Origin: Candidatus Poribacteria bacterium
GTDB taxonomy: Bacteria; Poribacteria; WGA-4E; PCPOR2b
DNA: 64,000 nucleotides
Assembly (NCBI GenBank): GCA_965208425.1
Contig: OZ242335.1
Coordinates: forward strand, 6,151,181 to 6,215,180
Direction: 5' to 3'
Shown here: piece after piece, positions 9,424-19,639 of the stretch
How positions within the stretch are numbered: position 1 is the stretch's first letter
Layout of the letters: each line of letters starts with the position of its first letter
Made by a program: the position numbers and the translations under genes
Notes under the pieces: model-generated
Database searches by the model: none
Told to the model about the DNA's origin: nothing
Seen by the model: the letters and a program-made list of their open reading frames with translations, nothing else

Positions 9424-11959
9424 GATGATTCGTCCATCGTATCGCGACTTTCCTCCCTTCTAATTGCTTCTTCGATATCCCCATGCCGCAGCAGCCTACC
9501 GAAATCCAAGTTTTTCCCATCTTCTCGCTGGCAAACATATTTCGCGATAAAAATGTCAATCCCATCGTAAAATAAAAAGTCGTCGTTTCTTGCGAATACT
9601 CTCACCAACGGACTTTTGTGTATCACAACAGTCTCGGTACCACCAAGGATGCCACCATAATCGAGGGCAATCTCTTTACGTTCCACATCCCCCAGTCGTC
9701 GTTGTATCATCTGCATCCATCTGGTTCTATTTGTGCTTCGGTGTGCTATCTCGAACGCTGATTCGGTGAGCGAGACAGCTTCAGCGAGAAACTTAAGCAG
9801 CGGAAGCTGCGACTGAGCTGAATCCTGGTCGAGATAATTGTCCCACTCCTTCACTATCGGTTCCTTCAGGCATACTGTATCGTGATAGTCAGAAAGTAGG
9901 TATGCGTAACCGCTAACTTCCATTAGGTCCAAAAGAGGCGCAACAGCGATTTTTAGATCTCTTTCAATTTGCCATACCGACATGTTTTCTTTAGGTTTCA
10001 GTTTTTCAAACTGTAGTGAGCTGCCATAAAAGTAACTTTTGAAAAGTGCGTCAACCATATCGCAATCATTTTCACACATAGCAGTAAGTAACGCTTCTCC
10101 AACGTTGTGCAGAAATTGTCCCGCAAAGTCTGGATACGATTCTGGTTTTGAGATCAAAGATAGTAGGATATTCTCAGTGGACATGAGCTTTAGAAGTTTT
10201 TTTTCTCGCTGCTTCCCTTTTTCTATTAACTTATCAATGTCCAAGCTTGGCCAGAGAAGATTTTCTATTCTTCGATCAGAATTGAGATCGCTCCAAAGAT
10301 GGTCCAGAGTATTTGTGTGATGATCCAGTTTGTTCCAATACTCTAACTCTGTTGATATCATTACCGCTGCCAACCATGGATGCTTTGAAGATGTTGCGAT
10401 CTCTATCCAATGCTTATAGAGATCGCCTGCTTTTTCATAAAAAAAACTCATTGCAGTCAGAAGGTTCTTTGCCTCCTGTTGTGCTATCAGCTCTTGAATA
10501 TACCAAGAAGGACTGATGACGCACCCTTCAACTCTTTCCTCGAATTCAAGCCTTGAGCGCAGCCATTCAAGTTGTGTCAGAATATGTACAGCAAATCCGG
10601 CTTTGTAGATTGATTGCTCTGACTTCCATGTAATACGATGGATACGCTGAAGTATCTCAGCCCGTCCATAAGATTCAATAGCACTAATATAGGCCAGAAG
10701 AACATTAATCGGCATCATTGCCAACTGTTCACAAATTTGCATGTGTTCCAGGGGTTCTTCTGCAACAACCTTATCCTTCTTGACAAAAATAAGAGCTTCA
10801 CAATGGGAAAAAATATCGCGTATCAGGTCGAATGCAAATTCCACCTGCTGCTCTTTTACAAGTTGTTGGATATAAGCGTCAAGATCGCCGAGGAGTTTGT
10901 CAGCTAAAGCATAACGTTTGTTTCTTATGTTGATTTCCAGACAACCTTTCACGATTGGTAATATTGCAGCTTCAATCCATCTTGGGTCGCTTACGAGTTT
11001 TGGCCGCAGTCCGGTAGCAGTCTCGTGTGCCAGAGATGTTTCTGTATCACCTGATACCAATCTGGATGCATGACTCGCTTCTCGTACCATAGGCTATCGG
11101 TCGGAATCAATTTTTTTCCTGTTTCATAGTACATGAGAAATAAGAGGAGACGTTTGCACAGATTGGCAAATGGCTGGCCATTCAGATGCAGTTCTTTTTC
11201 CGCTATTTCAGACACAGCAGTAAGCGTTTCTATGGCCCTTTGAGCAACTCTATAAGCATGATTTTGGAATGATTGATCAGACCAGCGATAACCACCAGCT
11301 TGCATTTGTAGATAATACCGTCGTAACTGTTTGAACAAGCGATCAGAGAGGGTCGTGGGATCAGACAGATAAAACGCGCGTGCTCCCAATCGAACGAATC
11401 CAATAATTGTCAATCCTGCCCCTAGTAGAAGTAGTGGTATTGCCAGTATGATTGGTTCGCGACCTAGGGCGTGGAAAATGAGTAAGCATACACCGAAATA
11501 GGTAAATACAGCGATGCAGCCCATGTAAGCGTTACCGACTTGTTCTTTAGCTAGTAAGCTTCGGATGTTATTGGGGACCTTCGCATAGATAGCACCACCT
11601 AGAACGCTAATGGCAGCATAATAAAGACCGATGAATAAACCTCCGGCACCTACGACGGTAGCGAGCAGAGTTCCGTAGTGGTTCTCTTTGGGGATGGTAA
11701 AGCCTATTTCTGTGAACAAGGAAACGAAATATGAGTTAGTAATTTGGAGACCGAAGACTGTGAGGGGCACCAAGACCAGTTCGACTAGCGTGGACTTCAG
11801 TAGAGACAATAGAAATTTTGTTGTTGTACTCTCCTCCCGCATCCAGTGTTTCATTCCGAACAGCATTCGATAACTGACGAATACGAGATGTGAAAGAGCT
11901 CTTTTGGTCCTCCAGAAGAGCCGGGTTTGGGCGAAAAAAAGAAACAAGGAATTAAGCAT
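9420..11959 (-). pseudogene. Large membrane protein (N-terminal multi-TM, DUF2254-like) split by a frameshift near 11050
   Basis: ORFs 10991-11959 and 9420-11090 overlap by 100 bp; the sequence reads on plausibly from ...HPDWY into SGDTETSLAHETAT... in the other frame. Confidence 0.6.
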
Positions 11960-12169
11960 TGTTGGTCACTATAGGAGTTAGATTCTGTTGACATTTGGGG
12001 ACAAAACAGATGGTAAAAAACAGGCAATAAGTATACCCCACAAATGTTAAGAATTCCACATAAATATTAAGTATTGCAAATGGCACGAACAAGTGGATAT
12101 GGGGATCCCCTTTACAAAATCGTTCCAAAGGACTTATCCTGTTAATCCTTCAATCCTGAAAATCCTGAT

Positions 12170-15100
12170 TCAGACATTTTCCGCCCCCTCCACAATAGCG
12201 ATTTCTTCAGGAGTCAAGTTGTATAATGAGTATACTTGTTGGTTGATTTTCTCTTCAAGAGCATCTGTGTCTCCATCATAGTTTAATTTTTTAATACATA
12301 GAATTTGCTCTACTAGGGTTACGATTCGATCGTGCTTTACTTTTCCACCTGAACTAGCGAAGTCTAGAGAAGGAAGTGGCAATTGTTCAATGTACTGTTT
12401 ACTCGCAGCAAAATAGCCACTCCTGAAATTCGTTGAAACTTGCTTTAGATAAAAATCAAGCAAACGGGAATTTAATAAGCCGCATAAAAAAGCCAAACTT
12501 CCAAACGAGCGACGGATTGTGATTCCATAGCCACCTGTAGTTACATTGATAAAATAATAGTTATCATCATAGTCTAAATACGCCGATAATTCTGTAATCA
12601 TATAAGGTATCATTAATTTTGGCTGCTCCCAAAGCCCAAGATTTTGAGTCCGACCAAAACGATACCATTGTTCATCTGTAAATTTACCCTTTTCGCGTGC
12701 TTCCAGAACTTTTCTGTTACGATTTAGATATGCCCAAGCTAATGGATAATTCTGTTGCATTTCATTTTCAGAGAACAGTCTTGCAGAGTGATTTTTAATT
12801 TCATAGGGAAAAAGGACAAAAGCTGACGGTCTCGCTCTATATCGATGAACGTGACCACTACGAATAACAGGTTTTAGCACTTCTAACTCAACCGGAACCC
12901 ACTCCATGAGAGATTCAGAATATATATCAATTATGTCCTCTTCTTGATTAATCTCATATTTTTTGAAGAGAAGAACCTTGTCTGTACTTGTAATTAATCC
13001 CTGATAAATCCTATTTGACACATCCGCTAATTTTAAGGGCATTTTACGTAATTTATCAAAAACCCTTCCCTCTTTTCCCACCACAAAATTCCACGCTGCA
13101 CTCGTGACCTCTGTAGCCGAAACCATTCCTTCAACAGTCTCCCCTCTGTTACGCCACGCGAGTATATCGTTCACTTTGATGAAGCGAAAATCATTACTAC
13201 CACCTTTATTCAAAAAGAGCAAACAAGTATAGTTAGTTGCCCCCTCGAAAATCTGCTCATCTCCAAAGTGAACGATACTTTTCAGATATTTCCCTCTTGC
13301 GATCAACCTTCGCAAACCTTCGCCATATTTTGCATTGAAAAACTTATGTGGCAAAATATACGCTAATTGTCCATGACCATTTAGTAAAGCCAACCCTTTT
13401 TCCGCGAAGATCACATAAACATCATAGCTGCTAACTGCCGATTTATAATATTCATTATACAATATTTTCAGTCCCGGGTCCAAACTTTGCACTCGAATAT
13501 ACGGCGGGTTCCCAATTACTACATCAAACCCCTCCGCCACACCAAACATCCACTCCGGATCAAACCACTCCGCGCTTGAGTTCTGGTCGTAGGGGTCCCA
13601 AGCGGCGACTTTATTCGCATCATCGGCGGGCATACCGATATGCTTTAATTCCGTTGCTAACGCTTGACGCAATTTCTTGTCTTCTCGTTTACACGCCAGT
13701 TTCTGTGGGCGGGTTGTGGCATGGAAATGCCGCTCACGATTTTCGCCCAATTCTACCTCCAGAGCTTTCGCTTGGGGACTGGTCAGAGTTCGCTCTCCCT
13801 CAAGGCCGATGAGTGTGTTCGCTGCGATAAACCGCGTCTCCAGATTCGGCAGCGGCTTAATCCCAAAGTTATCGGCATTGTTATCCGGCTCCTGCTCAAT
13901 GGCGAGGGAGATGAAGAAGCGGAGTTTAGCGATTTGGCAGGCGATGGATTGAATGTCCAAGCCGAAGATGCTATTTTGGATGAGGTATAACTTCCGTCCG
14001 AAATCCCCCGAATAGTTTTCAAAGATTCTGCTAATTTCCTTGAGCTCTTCGTCGCGGGTCTGTCTATCCTTTGTATCAAACGCAGCCGCCGCCCGCTGGA
14101 TGGCACGTTCTTTCTGTAGCTGCTCCCACCGGGCGTTATCGGGGTCAAGCCGCCGCAGTGCGAGGGTCAATTTGTGCAGCACCCCCATCGGAAACGCACC
14201 CGACCCCACCGCCGGATCTAGTATTTTGAGTTCTGAAATTGCCCGCACCACCGCGTCGGCTTCGCGGCTGTCGAAAAATTCGCTCGCATCGTCAAACGCC
14301 TTTGCGTAGTCGAACAGATAGCGCAGCCGCTCGTCCGTTGACGACACCTGCGCTGCGAGTGCTGCCACCAGTGCCTCCTCCACCATATAGTCCACGATGG
14401 GGCGCGGGGTGTAGTAGGAGCCGGTCTGTTTCCGTGCTGTTGCGCCGGTTTCGGGGTTATAGGCGGCGAGTAGGTTTTCAAACACCTTGCCGAGTAGTTC
14501 CGGATCTAACGCGACCTCTTGCTCTATCGGTGTGTTCTCCTCAACGGTGAACTTGTAGCCTTTCAACAGAGGAATCAGACCGCGATCGACATCAAAGAAT
14601 AGATGGTTGGGAAGGCTTAACTTTTTGTAGTGTTCATCGGAAAAGCAGTCAATCCGATAGCCGCCGTCGCGTGTCGCTTCCTCGCTATCAAGGCAGTCAA
14701 ACAAGCCGCCGTTGATAAATGGTGTTTTTTCAAATAGCGTCAACAGTTTATCGGGGTCGGTTACCTGATCTTTGTAGCGATACAGTGAGAAATTGCGATG
14801 CCCTGTGTTTCCGCCTTTGGTGAACCGACGCTTCTCTATCTCGGTGTTCAGTGTCGCAAAAAACAGGTTCTGTAGCACGGCGCGATAGTAGGAATCGCCG
14901 GTGTCCTGATCGTAATCCTTCAGCAATGGGGCGATTTGTGTCTCACTGAACAGTGCATCGGCGATCAGTCCCTTCTCCTTGATGAACCAGACGAACAGCA
15001 GGCGCGTGATTAGGCGAATGACGTGCTCCTCCGGCTTCAAAGCGCGCTTTTCATTTGTTGGAAACTTCCCCTCAGCAACCGCCCATTCAAACCAGGTGAA

Positions 15101-15802
15101 CAACTCCCGGTAGAATTTCCTGTTGAGTTCTTCGGTGTCCAGTGTCTTTGCCCAGGCACGATGCAGCTCGACAAAATTGTGGATACCGTGCGTTTGGTTC
15201 AACGGTTCAAGGGCAAGATCGAAGAGGATGTCGATGTGGGCGCGGTGGGGGTCCTTGAAATCAATATCCTTGATGAGGGTTACTTTTTCGAGGACATCGC
15301 GGGATGGGTCGGAGGTGTGCAAACGGCGATCGATAATTGACAACGTGAGCGTCTCGCCGTGCTGAAAGAGCAGCATCGCGGGCATTATGAACAATTTGTT
15401 GATTTCGCGGGTGATTTGTGACAGTTGGGTGCGGTTGTAATTGCTGCCTTCCAACCGGAGCGCGAAGAAAAGGTAGGATTGGATGATGGTGTTATCCACC
15501 TGCGTCTGGCTGGGATCGAACAGCCATCCGGTTGCATCTGTGAGCGTCAGGTCATCGCCGCTGAGTTGGAAAAGCAGGTCAATGGAGCTCCACTCCCCTG
15601 TCAATGCCCTATCGTGATTTAGTTTGCCTTGCGAATCGTACGCGGCGATAAACGCCTCGGCGGTGTTCGATTCAAGGGCTAGGGTCCTTTCGCTCTGATA
15701 GCCGAGTGTGTTGAGCAGGTTTCGGGCGTTTTGGACGAGGCCCCCCGTGGTGAAGCGGTTTAGGGCTTTCGTGATGGCGGCTTTGTGTTGTGGGTCGTTC
15801 AT
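12170..15802 (-). CDS. Type IIG/Eco57I-like N6-adenine DNA methyltransferase with C-terminal TRD
   Basis: FINGGLF, RKQTGSYYTP, DPAVGSGAF, VIGNPPY; TRD motifs LCGLLNS and YIEQLPLP; tail VYSLYNLTPEEIAIVEG. Confidence 0.9.
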   Translation of the reverse strand: MNDPQHKAAITKALNRFTTGGLVQNARNLLNTLGYQSERTLALESNTAEAFIAAYDSQGKLNHDRALTGEWSSIDLLFQLSGDDLTLTDATGWLFDPSQTQVDNTIIQSYLFFALRLEGSNYNRTQLSQITREINKLFIMPAMLLFQHGETLTLSIIDRRLHTSDPSRDVLEKVTLIKDIDFKDPHRAHIDILFDLALEPLNQTHGIHNFVELHRAWAKTLDTEELNRKFYRELFTWFEWAVAEGKFPTNEKRALKPEEHVIRLITRLLFVWFIKEKGLIADALFSETQIAPLLKDYDQDTGDSYYRAVLQNLFFATLNTEIEKRRFTKGGNTGHRNFSLYRYKDQVTDPDKLLTLFEKTPFINGGLFDCLDSEEATRDGGYRIDCFSDEHYKKLSLPNHLFFDVDRGLIPLLKGYKFTVEENTPIEQEVALDPELLGKVFENLLAAYNPETGATARKQTGSYYTPRPIVDYMVEEALVAALAAQVSSTDERLRYLFDYAKAFDDASEFFDSREADAVVRAISELKILDPAVGSGAFPMGVLHKLTLALRRLDPDNARWEQLQKERAIQRAAAAFDTKDRQTRDEELKEISRIFENYSGDFGRKLYLIQNSIFGLDIQSIACQIAKLRFFISLAIEQEPDNNADNFGIKPLPNLETRFIAANTLIGLEGERTLTSPQAKALEVELGENRERHFHATTRPQKLACKREDKKLRQALATELKHIGMPADDANKVAAWDPYDQNSSAEWFDPEWMFGVAEGFDVVIGNPPYIRVQSLDPGLKILYNEYYKSAVSSYDVYVIFAEKGLALLNGHGQLAYILPHKFFNAKYGEGLRRLIARGKYLKSIVHFGDEQIFEGATNYTCLLFLNKGGSNDFRFIKVNDILAWRNRGETVEGMVSATEVTSAAWNFVVGKEGRVFDKLRKMPLKLADVSNRIYQGLITSTDKVLLFKKYEINQEEDIIDIYSESLMEWVPVELEVLKPVIRSGHVHRYRARPSAFVLFPYEIKNHSARLFSENEMQQNYPLAWAYLNRNRKVLEAREKGKFTDEQWYRFGRTQNLGLWEQPKLMIPYMITELSAYLDYDDNYYFINVTTGGYGITIRRSFGSLAFLCGLLNSRLLDFYLKQVSTNFRSGYFAASKQYIEQLPLPSLDFASSGGKVKHDRIVTLVEQILCIKKLNYDGDTDALEEKINQQVYSLYNLTPEEIAIVEGAENV

Positions 15803-15839
15803 TGAAAACCCCTTGGCTCATTTCAACTGTCGCTCATAT

Positions 15840-15947
15840 TATGGTAGATTTTAGGATTAATGAGACACTCCAAATCGGCGCAGTTGCAAACAGCGCCTAC
15901 CAAACATGGGGAGCGAAAGTGTTTATTTATTTTTTCAATTCACTATA
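15840..15947. mobile_element. Correia-like MITE (family D)
   Basis: TATGGTAGATTTTAGGATTAATGAGACACTCC...AATTCACTATA; about 10 full or partial copies in the window. Confidence 0.8.
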
Positions 15948-15961
15948 AGAAATCGTGCAAC

Positions 15962-16026
15962 AGAAACCAAGTTTTCAAGTCCCGATTCTCGGGATGATCG
16001 ACTAGTCGGCAAAAAACTCGGTTTCT
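15962..16026. repeat. Family C palindrome interrupted by a family F palindrome
   Basis: AGAAACCAAGTTTTCA[AGTCCCGATTCTCGGGAT...]AAAAAACTCGGTTTCT. Confidence 0.65.
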
Positions 16027-17035
16027 ATAACTGTTTCATGATTGCACGATCTGCCGCCCATGCACCGGAGGATGTATTAGAGATTACGGTTATAATTGTA
16101 TCCTTCGCAGGGCATGTGCTCTTGAAAGAAACGCCGGCATCCCAACCGATGAGAAAGTGAACTGGATTTCCGCCCTCCTCATGGTCAATCCAGATACCGT
16201 GACCGTAAAATCTATTATCTTTGTCTTTGACCGCCTTTTCCAGAAACAGATTCGTCAACTGTTTAGAAAGGATTTTTTCGTCAAAAAATGCCCTCCACAA
16301 CTTGTCCATATCTTTTACTGTTGTGAAAGCCCCCGCATCAGATGATCCGACAATTGGCAAGGTAAAAATGTTGGTTCTCCAACCGTCGTCCTCGTCAATA
16401 TATCCGAAAGCCGTGCGTTCTGGCAAACGGTCCATCGCAAAAAATCCCGAATCACTCATGTCGCATAACTCAAAGATATTTTCTTGTATAAAGTCGATAT
16501 AGGGCGTTCCTGAGATTTCTTCAATGACGATTCCTAGTAGAATAAACCCTCCGTTTGAGTAGGAAAACCTTTCCCCTGGGTTAAACTTCATTTTTCCATC
16601 ACGAAATAGCGGTATGTAATCCTTGAGATCTCTTAGTTCAAAACAGGGGATAGCCAATTGAAAATTATCGACATCCGCAATAAGTTCCTCATCATAATAG
16701 TCGTAAACCCCAGAGGTATGGGTTAAGAGGTGGTGGATAGTGACATCTTCTGAAATATTCGGAAAATCAATATTTACACAGTCACACAACCTTGAAGTTA
16801 AAGAGAGTTCGCCACGGTCGATCAGTTTTCCGATTCCGAGCGCAGTCAGAAACTTTGTTCCTGACGCTATTCCGAAACGGGTGTCGATAGTATTCGGAAT
16901 TTTATTGCTCCTATCCGCATAGCCGTAGGCTTCTTCAAATTCTACGTTTCCGTCAAGTTTAACGAAAATCACGCCTGAAAAGCTAGTCTCACTGACGGTT
17001 TGTTCTATCACCTGATTTAACTGAGGGGCGTACAT
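16025..17035 (-). CDS. Serine hydrolase, beta-lactamase/AmpC family
   Basis: SxxK (SGTK), LLTHTSG, FSYSN; likely start MYAPQL at 17035. Confidence 0.9.
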   Translation of the reverse strand: MYAPQLNQVIEQTVSETSFSGVIFVKLDGNVEFEEAYGYADRSNKIPNTIDTRFGIASGTKFLTALGIGKLIDRGELSLTSRLCDCVNIDFPNISEDVTIHHLLTHTSGVYDYYDEELIADVDNFQLAIPCFELRDLKDYIPLFRDGKMKFNPGERFSYSNGGFILLGIVIEEISGTPYIDFIQENIFELCDMSDSGFFAMDRLPERTAFGYIDEDDGWRTNIFTLPIVGSSDAGAFTTVKDMDKLWRAFFDEKILSKQLTNLFLEKAVKDKDNRFYGHGIWIDHEEGGNPVHFLIGWDAGVSFKSTCPAKDTIITVISNTSSGAWAADRAIMKQL

Positions 17036-17798
17036 AAATACCTTTCCATGTGTCCGTGCATCAGCAGAAGGATCGCTTGCCCGCTGTAGGAGAGGCGGCT
17101 TCGCCTCAATGCACACTCTCGAATGCTTCTTAGCTGTGATGCAGCCGATAACCCGTGCAATATACACCATCCGTTTAAGCGATTGAGATAAATGACACCT
17201 GTCGCCCCGCTGGGGCTTGGCAGAAGTTTTATCGCCCTTCTATAAACATATCGCCCCGCTGGGGCTAAATACATGCTTCACGTCCTCTATCCTGAAAATC
17301 CTTAAATTCTGAGTATCCTGATTCAGACAATAATCCGTGTCATCTGTGTCATCTGCTTAATCCGCAATTCAGACAAAAAAAGTAATTATGCACACCCCCA
17401 TCTAAGTAGCAGCACCTTTTCGACTGGAACTTCGCTCAACTTGCCAGCACGAGCATGGAGAACGTAGGAGTTATGGTACATCGTTTTGAGGGTATCGACG
17501 GAGGAGATATCCACGCCACCGAGGCGATCAGTTTTGAGGTTTGGTTCAGCCATGATGGGCATCGGTGTTTCTCGCTTTCTGCGTGTATCATCGGGGCTAG
17601 GAAGCCCCTCCCACAATCGATAAAAATATATCACGCACTATGAACAGCGTCAAGGTTAAATCTACCATTGGCGGGAAAGGATGGTGCACTACCCGAAGGA
17701 GCGTCAGTGTTTCGTACTTGACCGCCTTCCAGGTATGTGATACAGTGATTTGGAATCTGCAGCCTCGTTGAAACGGTTGGTTCATTCATTCTTCTTAC

Positions 17799-17948
17799 GT
17801 TCCACCCTTCGGATACACATGTCGCCCCGCTGGGGCTTTAGGATATTTGTTTATCCGTGTCCTATAAACATGTCGCCCCTCTGGGGCTAAATGAACCGCT
17901 GAACCAATGATTTTCACGTATCACGTTATTAACAGCTGCAAACTAGTG
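17799..17948. repeat. Family B composite repeat (about 150 bp); inverted homolog at 52651-52865
   Basis: Manual alignment of TTCCACCCTTCGGATACACATGTCG...AACAGCTGCAAACTAG with the reverse complement of 52651-52865. Confidence 0.85.
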
Positions 17949-17973
17949 CTCAGTCAGATAAGTTTTACAATTA

Positions 17974-18139
17974 TAGGACTTACGCATTCCAGATTGTAGT
18001 TGCCCGATTCATCGGGCGTATCGGGGCAGGTCCCGATTTATCGGGATCCTCGCTTCGCGGGAGATGCCCCTCCCACACACCCCTCAGTGCCCGCTAAAGG
18101 GGGCGAAAGGGCTTTGACCGTTCGGCTGGGCAAGTCCTG
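17974..18139. mobile_element. MITE family E carrying REP/family F palindromes
   Basis: TAGGACTTACGCA ... GGGCAAGTCCTG; internal CCCGATTCATCGGG and CCCGATTTATCGGG. Confidence 0.65.
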
Positions 18140-18235
18140 ATATGTTATTGTTTGCTTGCAATCAATATACACAAGCATAATTTGCCTGACAGGGTACTAG
18201 CACTATTGGTCAATAGGCCGAGGTAAGAAACGATT

Positions 18236-19444
18236 ATGTCCAAACTCCGAATTGCTGTCATCGGGGTGGGAGCCAACCGCGGCTCTCGCGCTCGTCAGTA
18301 TATAGAAGCAATTACACGCTTGACCGAGCACTACGAACTCGCTGCTATCTGCGACCGCAATCCTCAAGTGCTTCAGGAGGTGGCAACCCAGTATGGGATA
18401 AAGGCGCGCTACGAAAGCGTGGCTGCCCTTTTTGATGCTGAGAAGCCAGATGTCATACTTAGCTTGGCACCGAAGGATTCCCATATTGTCATTGCCCTTA
18501 CCGCAGCGCGGCACGGCGCACATATCATCACGGAAATACCAGTGGCGTTGACACGACGCTACGCCGCAGCAATTGCCGAAACGTGCCGGTCAGCGGGGGT
18601 ACTTTGGGAGGTAGCAGAGCAGGTTTGGCTCTGGCCCGCAGAGCGTCTCAAGAGACAGATTATTGAGGCCGGGGGTATTGGTAAACTCACCCATGCCCGG
18701 CTGTGGTATCTGACCGGACAGTATCACGGTTTCAATGGGGTCAGGTCGCTTTTGGGGGCAAGGGCAACTCGCGTTCTCGGCTACTGTGGAGAGGTGGAAA
18801 CCGAACCCTATATTGCCTACGGTGGAGAACCCGAGTCAACGATAAAATGGGACCAAGCGGTAATTGAGTTTGATAATGGTGTGACCTGCCTGTTTGAGAA
18901 ACCGCCGCGCGCCTTTCCATTGCGGGAACAGACTTTTTCAACGGGTTGGCAGGTCGAGGGCACAAAGGGGCATTTCGATCGAAACCGGCTCGCGCTGTAT
19001 GGAGAACCCCATCCTTACGAAATTACAGAGCAGTACACCGAAATGGAGGGAGAACGTATACTTGAGGCGGTCCGGGTGGACACTGACCCGCCGATGGTTT
19101 GGGAAAATCCCTTCAAATCGTTCCGTATCGGCTCACCGGATGACGTTGCGAAGGCGAGCATCCTCGTCAGCTTTCACCGTGCAATTACACAAGGAGGAAC
19201 GCCACAGTACGGGGCAGAAAACGCACTACATGATTGGGAGATCTGTCTTGCGATTCGCGAAAGTGCCCGTCTGGGAAACACTTGGGTGACGTTACCCTTA
19301 GAAGGTCCGACTGAGTTAGAGGGTCAGATCGAGGCGGAGTTTGCCCGACGCTATGGACACGACCCGATTGAGGAGACTGAAGCCCTTCTGGACACCTCTT
19401 TTGGCCGGTCAGCCACACTATGGCCCTTCGCGCATTGGCTTTGA
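18236..19444 (+). CDS. Gfo/Idh/MocA family oxidoreductase
   Basis: LRIAVIGVG Rossmann start; HIITEIPVA (EKP variant). Confidence 0.85.
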   Translation: MSKLRIAVIGVGANRGSRARQYIEAITRLTEHYELAAICDRNPQVLQEVATQYGIKARYESVAALFDAEKPDVILSLAPKDSHIVIALTAARHGAHIITEIPVALTRRYAAAIAETCRSAGVLWEVAEQVWLWPAERLKRQIIEAGGIGKLTHARLWYLTGQYHGFNGVRSLLGARATRVLGYCGEVETEPYIAYGGEPESTIKWDQAVIEFDNGVTCLFEKPPRAFPLREQTFSTGWQVEGTKGHFDRNRLALYGEPHPYEITEQYTEMEGERILEAVRVDTDPPMVWENPFKSFRIGSPDDVAKASILVSFHRAITQGGTPQYGAENALHDWEICLAIRESARLGNTWVTLPLEGPTELEGQIEAEFARRYGHDPIEETEALLDTSFGRSATLWPFAHWL

Positions 19445-19458
19445 ACTGTCAGAAACAC

Positions 19459-19608
19459 GGCTCATGTGAAAAGAAAGTGCAAGTCCCGATTCATCGGGAT
19501 TCCGCTGCCGTTCCGAGCATCCCGAGAATGGGGACTTGCGGAACACGAAGAGAAACCGAGTTTTCAAGAAAAAACTCGGTTTCTTTACACGATTTCTTAA
19601 CGTGAGCG
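19459..19608. mobile_element. MITE family C with inserted family F palindromes
   Basis: GGCTCATG...GTGAGCG ends; central palindrome; no clear TSD. Confidence 0.75.
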
Positions 19609-19639
19609 AAGGACGCTGGCAGGGATCAAAAGCTGATTC

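Noticed and set aside
11982-12054. Imperfect inverted repeat TTGACATTTGGGG...CCCCACAAATGTTAA
   Set aside because: Single copy here; cannot tell a MITE from an operator or hairpin
12081-12097. TGGCACG, possible sigma54 site
   Set aside because: No TTGC at -12
1130-12232. Classical integron
   Set aside because: No intI tyrosine recombinase and no clear RYYYAAC/GTTRRRY attC boxes seen
17386-17785. Small ORFs between repeats (MPIMAEPNLK..., MNQPFQRG...)
   Set aside because: No recognisable family and partly overlapping REP sequence; could be gene remnants but unsupported
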